A stretch of DNA of 61,268 bases, from positions 1-61,268 of IMG/VR virus record IMGVR_UViG_3300024323_000002, one strand, 5' to 3'. The stretch is from a virus. Lineage: Duplodnaviria; Caudoviricetes. Numbering within the stretch: the stretch's first letter is position 1; the number at the start of each line of letters is the position of its first letter. Both the position numbers and the translations under genes were made by a program. The notes beneath the pieces were generated by a model. That model did not search any database. It was not told the origin of the DNA and saw only the letters and a program-made list of their open reading frames with translations. Shown here piece after piece: positions 16,245 through 25,851 of the stretch.

Positions 16245-19200
16245 ATGACGCTCAAGTCTCCGCGCGTAAAGACCACTCGACTATCGCTACCCGTAGGTGA
16301 GTCAGGCCAAGAGCCTGAGAACGCCGAGCCAGGGACCTTGGGGTTTGCGACCGACACCGACCAAGTTCGAGTTCAGACGTCGGGAGGGTGGGTAGACGTC
16401 TGCGATTGCGAAACGCCGCTGTCGCGCCCCCCAACATCACCCGCGCCGAACTTCTCTGACGACTTCGACTCGCTCGAGTCGCTCAATAACTACACGCTGT
16501 GGAACCGCACAGCGGGCGTGAATATGACGCGTGTCGGCGATGTGATCTTCACATCGAACACGCTTACGTCGAGTCAGTTCCGCGCATCGATGTACGGGGG
16601 CCGGTTCTATCTACAGCTTCCGCTGGGCGTGTACATTATCTTTCTCTACCGGGCTGTGACACCAGGCGATCAAATGTACACAGCACATATCGCGCCTCAA
16701 GTGGCAGGTGTGCAGCCCGCGGGCGCGACGGGCGTAGCTTGTTCTGCCATCGTAACGGCGGACGCAACCGGTAGACCCGACCAGTTCAACTTCGCCCTCC
16801 TCGGAAACAATCAGGCCGACGCGAAGTGGCACTCGATCACGCGCATTGCGAGCACGATCGTGAACGATACCGCGCGCGATTACGACATACCCGTGGCCGT
16901 CGCCACAGCCGATCAGTTCATCGGAACCACGCGCACGAGCTGGGTCTACAACCTCGACGACGGGCGCGCAATGCGCTTCGAGACTGGCGTTGCGTTTACG
17001 CCTGTGAGGAAATGGTTCGGGTTCACGTTCACGACCACGGCGGCAGTCGACGACTCTGTCTACAGCCTCTATTTCTTGCGCGAGCTCCCAGCGCCTACGA
17101 GCTGGTGGGTGTCCACTGCGCCGGGTTCTAGCAGCTCCACGGGCGGCTCTGGGGGCGGAGGAGGTGGAGGCGGAGGAGGTGGAGGCGGCACGCTTGCGGG
17201 CGACGCAAACGGCCCAGCGCTGTCGAACGAGGTGAATGCTATCCACGAGACCTCGGGACCGACGAAGCTCACGATCGGGAACATCAACAACTTCCAACTG
17301 CTGCAGCGCGTTGGTAGTACAGTTGTAGGCACTGCGTACCCGCCGACGACCTTGGCTGGTGACGTCAATGGGCCGATGACCTCGAACCAGGTGAACGCGA
17401 TCCACGAGACGTCGGGGCCTACGACTTTGACGCTGGGCGCGATCAGCGACGGGCAGATCTTGCAACGGGTTGGGACCACTGTCGTTGGAAGCGCGGGCTC
17501 GCTGTCTACGGGCAACCCGTACCTAGACCCGCCTGCTGTGCCGAATGCGTTTGATGACGAGTTCGACTCGGGCTCGGCAGACTTGGCCGTGAGAGGTTGG
17601 CAGATCTGGGATTCCGTGGTTGGCGGCGTTCTCACGCGCGCAGGCGACATCGACATCTGGAGTTCGACGGCTCTCGAGAATCCGCCCGTATCTGGTACCT
17701 ATCGATCGTCTATTGTGGGTTCGTACTTGCTGTTGCAGCTGCCGGTAGGCAGTCGAAGCGTCTCGATAACGCGAGCGTTTACGCCTGGAACATCGGGCAC
17801 TGTTTACGGCCGGATACAAGGGCACTTCGAACGTGGCATCGCGGTCGCCGATATCACGAACGCGGGTATCTTCGTAGAAGACAACAATACAGCTGCGAAT
17901 CGCGTCAACGTCGGCGTCACGCAGAATGTGACACCTATACCAGTGCGCGTTGTTGGCGCGATCAAAGCAGGTGTCTACAACACGCTAACCTTTGCCAATT
18001 TGTCGAGTAACACGACGAACGATGTAGACATCGTTGGTCTTCGCTACTGCGGCACCGCTACCTATTACGACGTCGGCTTATCGACGGGTGGGTTCCCTGT
18101 GACCATGGCGCCGGTCGGTGGGTTCGTCACAAACACGCCGAACGTGAACCTCATGACGCGAGCTGGCGCCGTGTTCGATCGTGGCGCCACGACGACGAAT
18201 TCGCTAAACATACTTGCGATTGACTTCCTCCGCTTCGTGCCCGGAGACGACTGGATCGCTCACGCACCAAAGCCCGTGCTCTGGAACGTCAACGCGAGCA
18301 TCCCCGTCGCGGCAGACATCACGACCAAGCTGGCGCCGCTTCATTGGTGGCGAGCGGATAACACCGTCCAGACGGGTGGGCTCGTGGATACCATCGTTGA
18401 CAATGGCTCTGTCGCGAAAGACTTCACTCAGACCGGCGCCGCTCGTTGTCCGACTGCTGTCGATGGGAACGGGAACACGTATCTGGCGTTCGACGGCGTT
18501 ACGGACTTTTATCAAGCAGGGGCTGTCGCGGATTGGATAAACTACAATGACGGGACACCGTTCACGCTGGCGATGGTCGTCGGGCGAGCTGCTCTGGCTA
18601 CGGCGATCGAAGAAGTGATAGGCACGGGCGGCGCTAACTCAAACAACACAGGTTTCGCCGCTTGGCTGCGTTACGCATCTTCTGCTGATCAGGGTTTTGC
18701 TTTCACTGTGGCTCGCGCTACGGGTGGTCAGTATGTGTGTTATGTGACCGACATTGATACGAGCCTCGGCACAAAGCTAGTCGTATTCAGAATGGCGGGA
18801 AATCTAACGATTGCTGCTCTAGGCGGTGTTAGTCCAGCGCCAGATCAAACGGAGATGCGGAACGGGGGTGTCTTACGGGCCATTTCAGCCAGAAATGCCA
18901 CGAACTCATTCAACGGCGTGAATCCAGGCAGCACGCTTACACTTGCGCGCGCGGCTAACGCATCTATTGAGTTCTCGTCGACGCGCATTTACGAGATAGT
19001 TCTAACCACTGGCTCTTGGACCGACAACCAGGTGCGGTTCTACGAGCAGTATGCTGGTTCCAAGTACGCGATACCAAGCCTAGTCCCGACCGCCACGAAC
19101 GTGTCCGCCGCCCCCTACGTCTCGGCTCTCATAAACACGTACTCGCCCAAGTCCGCGCCAGTTGCAGCCGACCAGATCTATATCGCGGACTCGGGGGCGA

Positions 19201-19928
19201 GTAATGCGATAAAGAGAACGACGATATCAAGCTTCGTTCCGCTAAGTCCCTATGAGACCGCGCCCGCCTCGCCTAACGCATTCAATGACGAGTTCAACGA
19301 CGGGAACGCGGATCTCGCAGTGCGTGGCTGGACAGTGATCAACGCGGGTACGGGCGCAACCATGACTCGCGCGGGCGACATCAACGCATATACAGCGCCG
19401 ACACTCACAGCAACAACCTATCTAAGTACGCTTCGCAATGGTCGGATGTGGGTGCAATGCAGTGTAAACTTGTATATGTATAAGGCGGTCAGTGGCTCGT
19501 TCAACATAACAGCGAACTGTATGGTGAGCAGAGCTCAAGCTAACCAAGTAGCTGTTATTGACATCTACTCAATAGTACCGCCCATAACAAACTCGACTCG
19601 GCGCTTATATTGCGGAATGAACAGCGCAAACGTTGAGGGCTTCAAGATGGACGTGAACCAGGTCTATACCAGCATCGCGACGGCAACGACGATCGGCTCA
19701 GCTTCGTTGGATGCCCATGTTGTAGATTTCAATAGCTCGGGGACTGCAATCAACATGCAGTGCTACGGCATAGGCGGACGACTACTCACAGTTGGTAGCA
19801 GTACGTTGGCTGGTTTCGTGCCTATCGTAGCGGGGTTTTCGTTGCAAGCGGGCAGCGCGTCTCTGACTCAATGGGCTGAGCTAGATTATATTAGGCTCTA
19901 CCCGCAAGGCACGTTCTTCCCTGCCTGA
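16245..19928 (+). CDS. Large modular tail fiber / receptor-binding protein (repeated lectin-like domains, LamG-like domain)
   Basis: Poly-Gly linker; 53-aa tandem repeat TLAGD.NGP..SN.VNAIHETSGPT; three PN.F.D.F modules; WWRADN...FDGVTD LamG-like segment. Confidence 0.75.
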   Translation: MTLKSPRVKTTRLSLPVGESGQEPENAEPGTLGFATDTDQVRVQTSGGWVDVCDCETPLSRPPTSPAPNFSDDFDSLESLNNYTLWNRTAGVNMTRVGDVIFTSNTLTSSQFRASMYGGRFYLQLPLGVYIIFLYRAVTPGDQMYTAHIAPQVAGVQPAGATGVACSAIVTADATGRPDQFNFALLGNNQADAKWHSITRIASTIVNDTARDYDIPVAVATADQFIGTTRTSWVYNLDDGRAMRFETGVAFTPVRKWFGFTFTTTAAVDDSVYSLYFLRELPAPTSWWVSTAPGSSSSTGGSGGGGGGGGGGGGGTLAGDANGPALSNEVNAIHETSGPTKLTIGNINNFQLLQRVGSTVVGTAYPPTTLAGDVNGPMTSNQVNAIHETSGPTTLTLGAISDGQILQRVGTTVVGSAGSLSTGNPYLDPPAVPNAFDDEFDSGSADLAVRGWQIWDSVVGGVLTRAGDIDIWSSTALENPPVSGTYRSSIVGSYLLLQLPVGSRSVSITRAFTPGTSGTVYGRIQGHFERGIAVADITNAGIFVEDNNTAANRVNVGVTQNVTPIPVRVVGAIKAGVYNTLTFANLSSNTTNDVDIVGLRYCGTATYYDVGLSTGGFPVTMAPVGGFVTNTPNVNLMTRAGAVFDRGATTTNSLNILAIDFLRFVPGDDWIAHAPKPVLWNVNASIPVAADITTKLAPLHWWRADNTVQTGGLVDTIVDNGSVAKDFTQTGAARCPTAVDGNGNTYLAFDGVTDFYQAGAVADWINYNDGTPFTLAMVVGRAALATAIEEVIGTGGANSNNTGFAAWLRYASSADQGFAFTVARATGGQYVCYVTDIDTSLGTKLVVFRMAGNLTIAALGGVSPAPDQTEMRNGGVLRAISARNATNSFNGVNPGSTLTLARAANASIEFSSTRIYEIVLTTGSWTDNQVRFYEQYAGSKYAIPSLVPTATNVSAAPYVSALINTYSPKSAPVAADQIYIADSGASNAIKRTTISSFVPLSPYETAPASPNAFNDEFNDGNADLAVRGWTVINAGTGATMTRAGDINAYTAPTLTATTYLSTLRNGRMWVQCSVNLYMYKAVSGSFNITANCMVSRAQANQVAVIDIYSIVPPITNSTRRLYCGMNSANVEGFKMDVNQVYTSIATATTIGSASLDAHVVDFNSSGTAINMQCYGIGGRLLTVGSSTLAGFVPIVAGFSLQAGSASLTQWAELDYIRLYPQGTFFPA

Positions 19929-20007
19929 GCTAACAGCCCAAGTTCTCTTTCGTCCGCCCCGTTTTCTTAGCTAGCTTTGGGGCCAGCCTCTCGGCCAGCC
20001 CCTTCGT

Positions 20008-20559
20008 TCAGACGATAAACAGGTCCTTCACCAAGAGCTCTCTGTCGAGCTCGGGTAACGGCACTTGGTCGTGTTGCCGGTACTTTGCCGCTCTGGTGTA
20101 GTGTCTTTCCTGCTTGTTGGGATGGGTGTAGACATCAAGTTTGCGCTCGGAGATGTTCAGGATCCAATAGGCCGGGACAACCCCAAACGCATAATGCGTG
20201 ACTTTCTCGTAGTCTCGTGCAAGTGATGCGCCCGCGCCCGCGATCTCAACCACGAGTATCGCCTCCGTACTGTTTGGATGCCGCTCGTAATACTGGCTGG
20301 CAGGACCGCGTATGACGGCAATGTCGGGTTCTGGCACGGTGTGGTTGCTGATGAACAGCGGTTTAGTCGTGCGCACCATCTCCTTGAGATAGAGACCTCG
20401 CAAGAGCGCTGCAATATGATCTGCAGTGCTAGCGTGCCGTGGGCTTTCCGCCCGCTTCTCTACGATGGCTCCTTTTATGAGCTCAACGCGCGAGCCCTCG
20501 GGGAGAATTTCATGCTCGACCATCTTGACGACTTGGTCGTAGGTGAATGCGTAGGTCAT
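20008..20559 (-). CDS. Uma2-family (DUF820) putative restriction endonuclease #1
   Basis: RVELIKG, SPRH, PEPDIAV, LVVEIA, D.EK..Y....V..YWILN. Confidence 0.9.
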   Translation of the reverse strand: MTYAFTYDQVVKMVEHEILPEGSRVELIKGAIVEKRAESPRHASTADHIAALLRGLYLKEMVRTTKPLFISNHTVPEPDIAVIRGPASQYYERHPNSTEAILVVEIAGAGASLARDYEKVTHYAFGVVPAYWILNISERKLDVYTHPNKQERHYTRAAKYRQHDQVPLPELDRELLVKDLFIV

Positions 20560-20798
20560 GCCTTGTTCTTCGGCTCGAGGACACTGTCCACTTCGCGCGT
20601 CAGCATCGCGGCGATGTCCCCGAGGATGTCAGCGAGGACTATGGCAATCTTCTGCGCCTCCTCCTTTGTGGCCACCGCAATCTGCTGCGAGACACCATTG
20701 CCTTTGTTGCCCTGAACCACGACCAAGAGGATAGCCTTGGCGTCGAGCTTCTCTCGCAGAATAGTCACGACTTCGTCGTACTTGCCCGGTCCGATCAT
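20556..20798 (-). CDS. Hypothetical protein
   Basis: MIGPGKYD...; coupled within the par operon. Confidence 0.65.
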   Translation of the reverse strand: MIGPGKYDEVVTILREKLDAKAILLVVVQGNKGNGVSQQIAVATKEEAQKIAIVLADILGDIAAMLTREVDSVLEPKNKA

Positions 20799-21097
20799 GG
20801 CTCTCCTTCGATGTGGCGCTCGTAGACGTCGACCATCTGCTCGAGGAGCTCGACGATGCGTATGCGCTGCTTGATCGCAAGCGTGTTGATGCGTCTCGCG
20901 GTCGAGGGCTTGACCTTGGTAGCAAAGGCGATGGTTCGCTGGCTGCGGTTCATCATGCGCATGTCGGGCAGCCCGTGCTCGTCGTCCTCACCCGCAGGTG
21001 CAACCTCGGGGGCAGACAGATTGGCGCTTGGGTTGCGGGGTGGGGCGCCGAGGGACTTGCTCTTCTTCTTCTTCACGCTGGTCATGTCCGTAGCCAT
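20795..21097 (-). CDS. Putative partition adaptor (ParG/RHH-like centromere-binding protein)
   Basis: Directly follows parA (TAATG). Disordered N-terminus plus RSQRTIAFATKV..A......ELLEQM..YE ribbon-helix-helix-like tail. Confidence 0.7.
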   Translation of the reverse strand: MATDMTSVKKKKSKSLGAPPRNPSANLSAPEVAPAGEDDEHGLPDMRMMNRSQRTIAFATKVKPSTARRINTLAIKQRIRIVELLEQMVDVYERHIEGEP

Positions 21098-21729
21098 TAT
21101 CGTTTGCCTCCAATGATGTCGACGACGTTTTGGAGCAGTCGCTCCGCTTGCTGGTTCAGTGACTCGTAAGGCGTCTCGGTGAGAGCGCGGCCCATATTCT
21201 GCGCCACGCGGTAGGCGGCTCGCTCGGGCACATAGCTCCCGAGCACGGTTATGCCAGCCTCGGTGAGGTAGTCGCGCGCCGCCTCGGCTTCATGGTCAGT
21301 CGAAATGCGGCTCAGCGCTACGACAAGCTTCTTTGCCTTGATGCCGGCCTTCTGCAGCGCGAGGAACTCACGCACGCAGGGGCGTAGGTCGTCGAGGCTC
21401 GCGCCACTTGGTTGGATGACGAGGTCTGCACTGCGCGCTATCTCGAGGGTGCCGGCAGACGTTCGTGCGGGTGCGTCAATGACCAGCAGGTCACAGCGCG
21501 CCTTCGAAAGGGCATGCTTTGCCGAGCCGAACGCCTCGACGGCTACCGTGGGCTCGAGCTCGCTCTCGAGCCTCGAGCGCGACCACTCGATTGATGTACC
21601 TTGTTGTGTGTCTAGGTCTGCTATGCGGACATCCAGCCCAGCTGCAGCTGACTCTCGAGCAAACGCCCGAGCTAGAGATGACTTACCAACGCCTCCCTTC
21701 TGAGAGACGAATGCTACGATGGTATGCAC
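21097..21729 (-). CDS. parA: ParA-family partition ATPase (type Ib)
   Basis: SQKGGVGKS deviant Walker A, DLDTQQ, VIDAP; 210 aa without N-terminal HTH. Confidence 0.95.
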   Translation of the reverse strand: MHTIVAFVSQKGGVGKSSLARAFARESAAAGLDVRIADLDTQQGTSIEWSRSRLESELEPTVAVEAFGSAKHALSKARCDLLVIDAPARTSAGTLEIARSADLVIQPSGASLDDLRPCVREFLALQKAGIKAKKLVVALSRISTDHEAEAARDYLTEAGITVLGSYVPERAAYRVAQNMGRALTETPYESLNQQAERLLQNVVDIIGGKR

Positions 21730-21738
21730 AGGTGCAAG

Positions 21739-21753
21739 CTAGATGGTATCTAG
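21739..21753. promoter_or_regulatory. Palindromic operator-like site 10 bp upstream of parA
   Basis: CTAGATGGTATCTAG. Confidence 0.7.
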
Positions 21754-21781
21754 ACGGGTGTCAACAGTGCGATTGAGCAAG

Positions 21782-21973
21782 ATGAAGACCGAGCATGCAG
21801 GTGCGAAGAACGGCGGCGGCTGGTGGGGCCATCGAGAGGAGGCCAAGGCCCTGAGCCGCTACAAGCGGCGCCTCGATGACGGCGCGGCTGTTGCTGAGCA
21901 GCTCGACGAGGTGGCCTGCGAGCCGCCGAGATGGTGGGAGCGGGAGGCACCGCCCGCGATCGCGGACAAGTAG
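21782..21973 (+). CDS. Small hypothetical protein
   Basis: MKTEHAGAKNGGGWWGHREEAK..SR..RR. Confidence 0.6.
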   Translation: MKTEHAGAKNGGGWWGHREEAKALSRYKRRLDDGAAVAEQLDEVACEPPRWWEREAPPAIADK

Positions 21974-22104
21974 CTGCTAGGTGTGAGGCGGCTTACGCGA
22001 TCGGCTGATCTCCGCAGAAAACGACCTAGCCACCGCCGATTACGCTTGTGTGCAGCGTTAGCGTGCAGGTATGGAGATCTACACCTCAAACATACCGGCT
22101 GTGC

Positions 22105-22165
22105 AAAAGAAAACCCCCTGACATTTCTGTGCAGGGGGTTGGAAAAGCAGGCCCGAAGTGTATCA
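22105..22165 (-). ncRNA. Putative counter-transcribed (antisense) RNA in the rep leader, with intrinsic terminator
   Basis: Minus-strand extended -10 TGATACACT (22165-22157). Hairpin AACCCCCTG/CAGGGGGTT (22112-22140) followed by TTTTCTTTT on the minus strand. Confidence 0.5.
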
Positions 22166-22203
22166 CCACTTCGTGCCCAAGCCCGACGTGCCGCTAGCAC
22201 ATC

Positions 22204-23109
22204 GTGCCCACGAACCAAGAACTACCTCAGCTCACAGACGAACGCAAGACTCTCGAGAGAGGTCTTGACCGTCGAGCCTGGCGGCGTAGTTGGCCGGAAC
22301 GTCCCGAGCGTCAGCTGGAGAAGGCGTATGAGTATCTGCGCTCGTTTCAGCCTACGGACGCTGGCCTGCGGAAGCTACGTAAGTTATTGGCTTATCAGGA
22401 GCCTTTGACTAAACGGCAAGAGCGTCTAGCGCGGCTGAACGCCTTTAGCGATGGCCTGATGCGCCCTTTCGAGATGTATGAGGCGGATCTCGCCCACATG
22501 CTTCGGGGTGACTATCGGCTGCTGGCGTTTTTCTATTGCACGCTAGAGATAGACCGAGAGTGGCTTGCCGCGCTGGTCGCCAAGGTCATGTACACCGAAA
22601 AGGGCTATCCGCGGGATCTCGGAGATAGACCGTTTTGGCATCGGATGCGCCTTATCGCGCTGTTATGTCTGCTGCAAAAGCAAGGGGTTGTGCGGGGCAT
22701 CCCCGCTGGGCTGCTTTGTGAGTGGCTTGGTGACTGGCACGACTTTTCACGTGGCTATGTGTACGAGCCGTTACACCGCAATACAGTTCTCGGGTATCGC
22801 CGCGAGCTCCGAGAGACGGGTTATCTGGCCTTCGTACAGTTGCCGGTCTCGCAGGTTCCGGCTTGGTGTCGAGGGCACGAGTGGACGGGGCGAGACGGTC
22901 ATACAGAGCAGTGGGCGTATAACGAGTACCGACTGCTTGGTGCTTGGCAGCGTTCACGGCCTGAGATACCCCGCGACGAGAGCGAGGCTGCCTATGTCGA
23001 ATGGGTACACGATCTCAAGCTCTGGGCATTGCTGCCCAATGAGTACACCTCACCGCTCTCAGGTGACTTTCCGATGTTCAAGTGCGGCAGGCCCCCACCT
23101 GATGACTAG
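22204..23109 (+). CDS. Putative plasmid replication initiator (wHTH-containing)
   Basis: 301 aa, GTG start; GIPAGLLCEWL...HRNTVLGYRRELRETGYL winged-helix-like segment; next to par and followed by a 450-bp structured intergenic region. Confidence 0.5.
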   Translation: MPTNQELPQLTDERKTLERGLDRRAWRRSWPERPERQLEKAYEYLRSFQPTDAGLRKLRKLLAYQEPLTKRQERLARLNAFSDGLMRPFEMYEADLAHMLRGDYRLLAFFYCTLEIDREWLAALVAKVMYTEKGYPRDLGDRPFWHRMRLIALLCLLQKQGVVRGIPAGLLCEWLGDWHDFSRGYVYEPLHRNTVLGYRRELRETGYLAFVQLPVSQVPAWCRGHEWTGRDGHTEQWAYNEYRLLGAWQRSRPEIPRDESEAAYVEWVHDLKLWALLPNEYTSPLSGDFPMFKCGRPPPDD

Positions 23110-23560
23110 GAACGCCACCTAGCGCCTCCCAGGCACCTCTAAAGGGCATCTAGCTCGATGGGGGTGCCGAGGTGCGTCCAAAACAGCCTCGAGAAGGCCT
23201 CTAGCAGCCTCCAGGTGCCCCGAGCCCGCCCTCGAGGCCCTCTGGGTGCTTGCCACCACGACTAGGCGCCCTACTCTAGTGTCGTTTATGCAGCTGATGG
23301 CGGCAGTCTCGGCCTAAAAGCTCAATATGAGTGCACATAGTTCCTGTTCTCGCCTCAGACACTAAAGTGTCTGGGTATGAAGAGGGCTAAGAGGAGGGGT
23401 TGTCTCGAGAACGAGACAGCTCTGCACTCCTCACCGCGGAGTCGTCCGGGTCGGCTGGCGCCGCAGATGCTTGCACTGGGGCTTCGCCCCAGCCCCCGAA
23501 ACCTAGAGAGCTAGTGATCATCGACACGTTGCATCTCGAGAGGAGGTGAGGCTGGTGCAA
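23110..23560. other. Hairpin-rich non-coding region, candidate plasmid oriV/sso
   Basis: Inverted repeats CAGACAC-TAAA-GTGTCTG (23356-23373), TGTCTCG-AGAA-CGAGACA (~23401-23418), GGGGCTTCGCCCC (23478-23490); near-match operator at 23139-23153. Confidence 0.45.
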
Positions 23561-23612
23561 GAGATCAATGCAAAACCCTGACGCCCGCGTCCATTTCTCG
23601 TATTATCGGCGC

Positions 23613-23864
23613 ATGTCGGAGCACGTCGACCCACCCCTGTTCGAAGAGCACGGCTCGCTGTACGAGCAGCTCTGCACCGTGACCAAGTGGCTAGCCGATC
23701 ACGGCGTGCCCGCCGAGCTGCATCTCTGGGTTGCGCCTAGCCCGAGCACGCTTGAGATCTTCACGAAGCTGTTTGTCAGTCGGCTCAAGGTGAACGAGAA
23801 GGGCACGTACTTCCGCACGCCCCATGGCCTAGTTCGCATTCGCGATAAGAAGCGCAAGAAATGA
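23613..23864 (+). CDS. Hypothetical protein
   Basis: ATG 6 nt after TATTAT (leaderless-type start). Confidence 0.6.
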   Translation: MSEHVDPPLFEEHGSLYEQLCTVTKWLADHGVPAELHLWVAPSPSTLEIFTKLFVSRLKVNEKGTYFRTPHGLVRIRDKKRKK

Positions 23865-24130
23865 ACGAGACGATGTATTGCTGGCGACGCGACGCTCACC
23901 AAGACGAGCTTATGCTTGTGGTGCTTTACGACAAGCCGCTTGACGCACCAACGCAAGCTGTCTTACGCGCGCAATACAGTTCGAAGCGAGGTGTAAGACC
24001 GCATGCGGTTGGTCTCTCGTTTGACAGCCTCGAACAGGCTTACGAGTTCATGGGCATCAACGCTAGTGATCTGGTTCTGATGCCCCGAGCCGAGGCCGAT
24101 GAGCCTCAGATTGTGTGCTCATGGCTATAA
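23861..24130 (+). CDS. Hypothetical protein
   Basis: ATGA-coupled; VLYDKPLDAP...R...DEPQIVCSW. Confidence 0.65.
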   Translation: MNETMYCWRRDAHQDELMLVVLYDKPLDAPTQAVLRAQYSSKRGVRPHAVGLSFDSLEQAYEFMGINASDLVLMPRAEADEPQIVCSWL

Positions 24131-24303
24131 TCAAACCGCGCCAGCTGCTGCACCAGGACAGCGAATACGACCGCTGGGACGGCTCGCCCCAAGAGTTCTG
24201 GGAGGCCGTCGATGGGAGTCGTCGAGGCTTCCTTGGCGACAACGAGGTCTTGCGCGAGGTCTTGCGCATGGCACGGCTGGCGAGAGAGCGAGGCCTGAAG
24301 TGA
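24121..24303 (+). CDS. Hypothetical protein
   Basis: ORF in operon. Confidence 0.5.
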   Translation: MAIIKPRQLLHQDSEYDRWDGSPQEFWEAVDGSRRGFLGDNEVLREVLRMARLARERGLK

Positions 24304-24662
24304 CTATCCGCGACACCCTCTGCGAGAAGCACCAAGAGCTCCGCGACACCATCGACAACCCGCCGCTCTACTTCGACCGCCAGGGCAAGCCGATGAGCCT
24401 CAAGGCATGGGTCGATGCATGGGGGCAGCCAGACTATCGCAAGGTCGCCGAGACCCGCATCGACGGCTCGATTGTCCTCACAATGTGGATGGGCACGGAC
24501 CACTCATTCGGTCGGACGTCTCCGCCCGTGATCTTTGGCTCGGCTATCTTTCGCGACGGCAAGATGCAGATCGAGCGCGAGGCCTCGACCGAGGTCGAGG
24601 CACTGGTCCATCATGCCGAGCTCTGCGCGCGTGCGAAGCTCGAGGCACAGCAGAGGAGCTGA
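24300..24662 (+). CDS. Hypothetical protein, paralog of 34767..35144
   Basis: YFDRQGKP..W..RKVA...TMWMGTDHSFG..PPVIFGSAIF. Confidence 0.7.
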   Translation: MTIRDTLCEKHQELRDTIDNPPLYFDRQGKPMSLKAWVDAWGQPDYRKVAETRIDGSIVLTMWMGTDHSFGRTSPPVIFGSAIFRDGKMQIEREASTEVEALVHHAELCARAKLEAQQRS

Positions 24663-24985
24663 TGACATACCCCGAGCTAGGCCCCGAGTGTCCACGCCCC
24701 GAGGCGATCTACTACCGCGCACTGCCAGACGGTCTCGAGATCTGCGTCTATCGCATGCTCTTCAGTTGGCGCGTGTGCTTCGGCGAGCAGGGCGAATGGG
24801 GCGGCATCATCGACGCCTACTGCTACTCGAGCCCAGACAAGGCCATTGCCGCCGCGAGCCAGTGGGACGGTACGGGCGACGCGCCTGACGGCTGGCACAA
24901 GCATGTCCATAGTTACCGAGCTCGGCGCGACGGCGACCCCGCGCGCGAGTACGACCAACGCAGCCCGGAGCCGCACTGGCCATGA
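24662..24985 (+). CDS. Hypothetical protein
   Basis: TGATG coupling; YCY...A..AA..WDG.G..P.GWHKH. Confidence 0.7.
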   Translation: MTYPELGPECPRPEAIYYRALPDGLEICVYRMLFSWRVCFGEQGEWGGIIDAYCYSSPDKAIAAASQWDGTGDAPDGWHKHVHSYRARRDGDPAREYDQRSPEPHWP

Positions 24986-25356
24986 CTATCGAGATCCATG
25001 AGCACACCCACGTATTCAAGATCTGGTACGTCGAGATGCTGCCCAACGTCGGCAACTTGCTCGCCATTGTGTTTCGAGACCCGCCCAACGAATGGCGCGC
25101 GAAGTATCGTTTTCGCTACTACCGAGACAACAAGGCCCACCACTCGAAAGACGAGCGCAGCTGGTATGACGTCACGCCCAAAGACGGCGGTACGGCCACG
25201 CGCGATAAGCTTGTCGACATGTTCGAGTTGCTCATGGCCGGGTCTGCGGAGTTCGGGCCGTCGCGCATCTCTCGAGTGCACGTCGATGCAGTGGGAGCCG
25301 AGGCGATCAAGGTGCTAACCGAGCAGCCATGGTCAAACCACAAGGTGCTCGACTAG
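24982..25356 (+). CDS. Hypothetical protein
   Basis: ATGA-coupled; YRFRYY.D.....S.D.RSWY. Confidence 0.7.
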   Translation: MTIEIHEHTHVFKIWYVEMLPNVGNLLAIVFRDPPNEWRAKYRFRYYRDNKAHHSKDERSWYDVTPKDGGTATRDKLVDMFELLMAGSAEFGPSRISRVHVDAVGAEAIKVLTEQPWSNHKVLD

Positions 25357-25367
25357 ATAGCGTCTAG
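25353..25367. promoter_or_regulatory. Palindromic operator-like site
   Basis: CTAGATAGCGTCTAG at a convergent gene junction. Confidence 0.65.
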
Positions 25368-25398
25368 ATAGAACATTGCCGAGTAGACATAATGTTTG

Positions 25399-25602
25399 TT
25401 ATCGGATCTCGTTGCACAGTGCCATGGCGATGCGCTTTACCTCGTCAAAGCTCTCATCGCTGCCGTCAGGTTCAGGTCCCTCGAAGGCTTCGAAGGAATC
25501 TTCAGCAAAGATCGCGGGGTTACGCAAGAAGAAGTCCTCACGGCAGAATCCGGTGAACCAGCCCTCAGGAGACTTTGTCACGACATAGCGCATAAACGCC
25601 AA
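25399..25602 (-). CDS. Hypothetical protein
   Basis: ORF track. Confidence 0.45.
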   Translation of the reverse strand: MAFMRYVVTKSPEGWFTGFCREDFFLRNPAIFAEDSFEAFEGPEPDGSDESFDEVKRIAMALCNEIR

Positions 25603-25619
25603 AAGCCCCGACGTTGCCG

Positions 25620-25808
25620 TCAGAGCTTGTTCACGTGGAGCAGTGCGAGCTGAAGAACCTCGTCGAGCGTGTTCCAGTCCGCCTCGAGCTCCTCACGCCT
25701 GATGTAGCGATCGATGATTGCCCAGAACTCTCTGGCTTCGCCGCTCCAGAGCTTGAGCTCAGGTGCATTGCACTCGGGGCAAGTTGCGTCGCAGCCAGGT
25801 AGGGTCAT
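25620..25808 (-). CDS. Small Cys-containing protein
   Basis: MTLPGCDATCPEC... Confidence 0.5.
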   Translation of the reverse strand: MTLPGCDATCPECNAPELKLWSGEAREFWAIIDRYIRREELEADWNTLDEVLQLALLHVNKL

Positions 25809-25851
25809 AGGCCAAATTGCCGCGTAGCATGGGCCGTGGTAGGCTGCAAGG

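Noticed and set aside
17190-19400. Fiber repeats as a diversity-generating retroelement TR/VR pair
   Set aside because: No reverse transcriptase was recognised, and the repeats are in-frame domain duplications whose differences are not confined to adenines.
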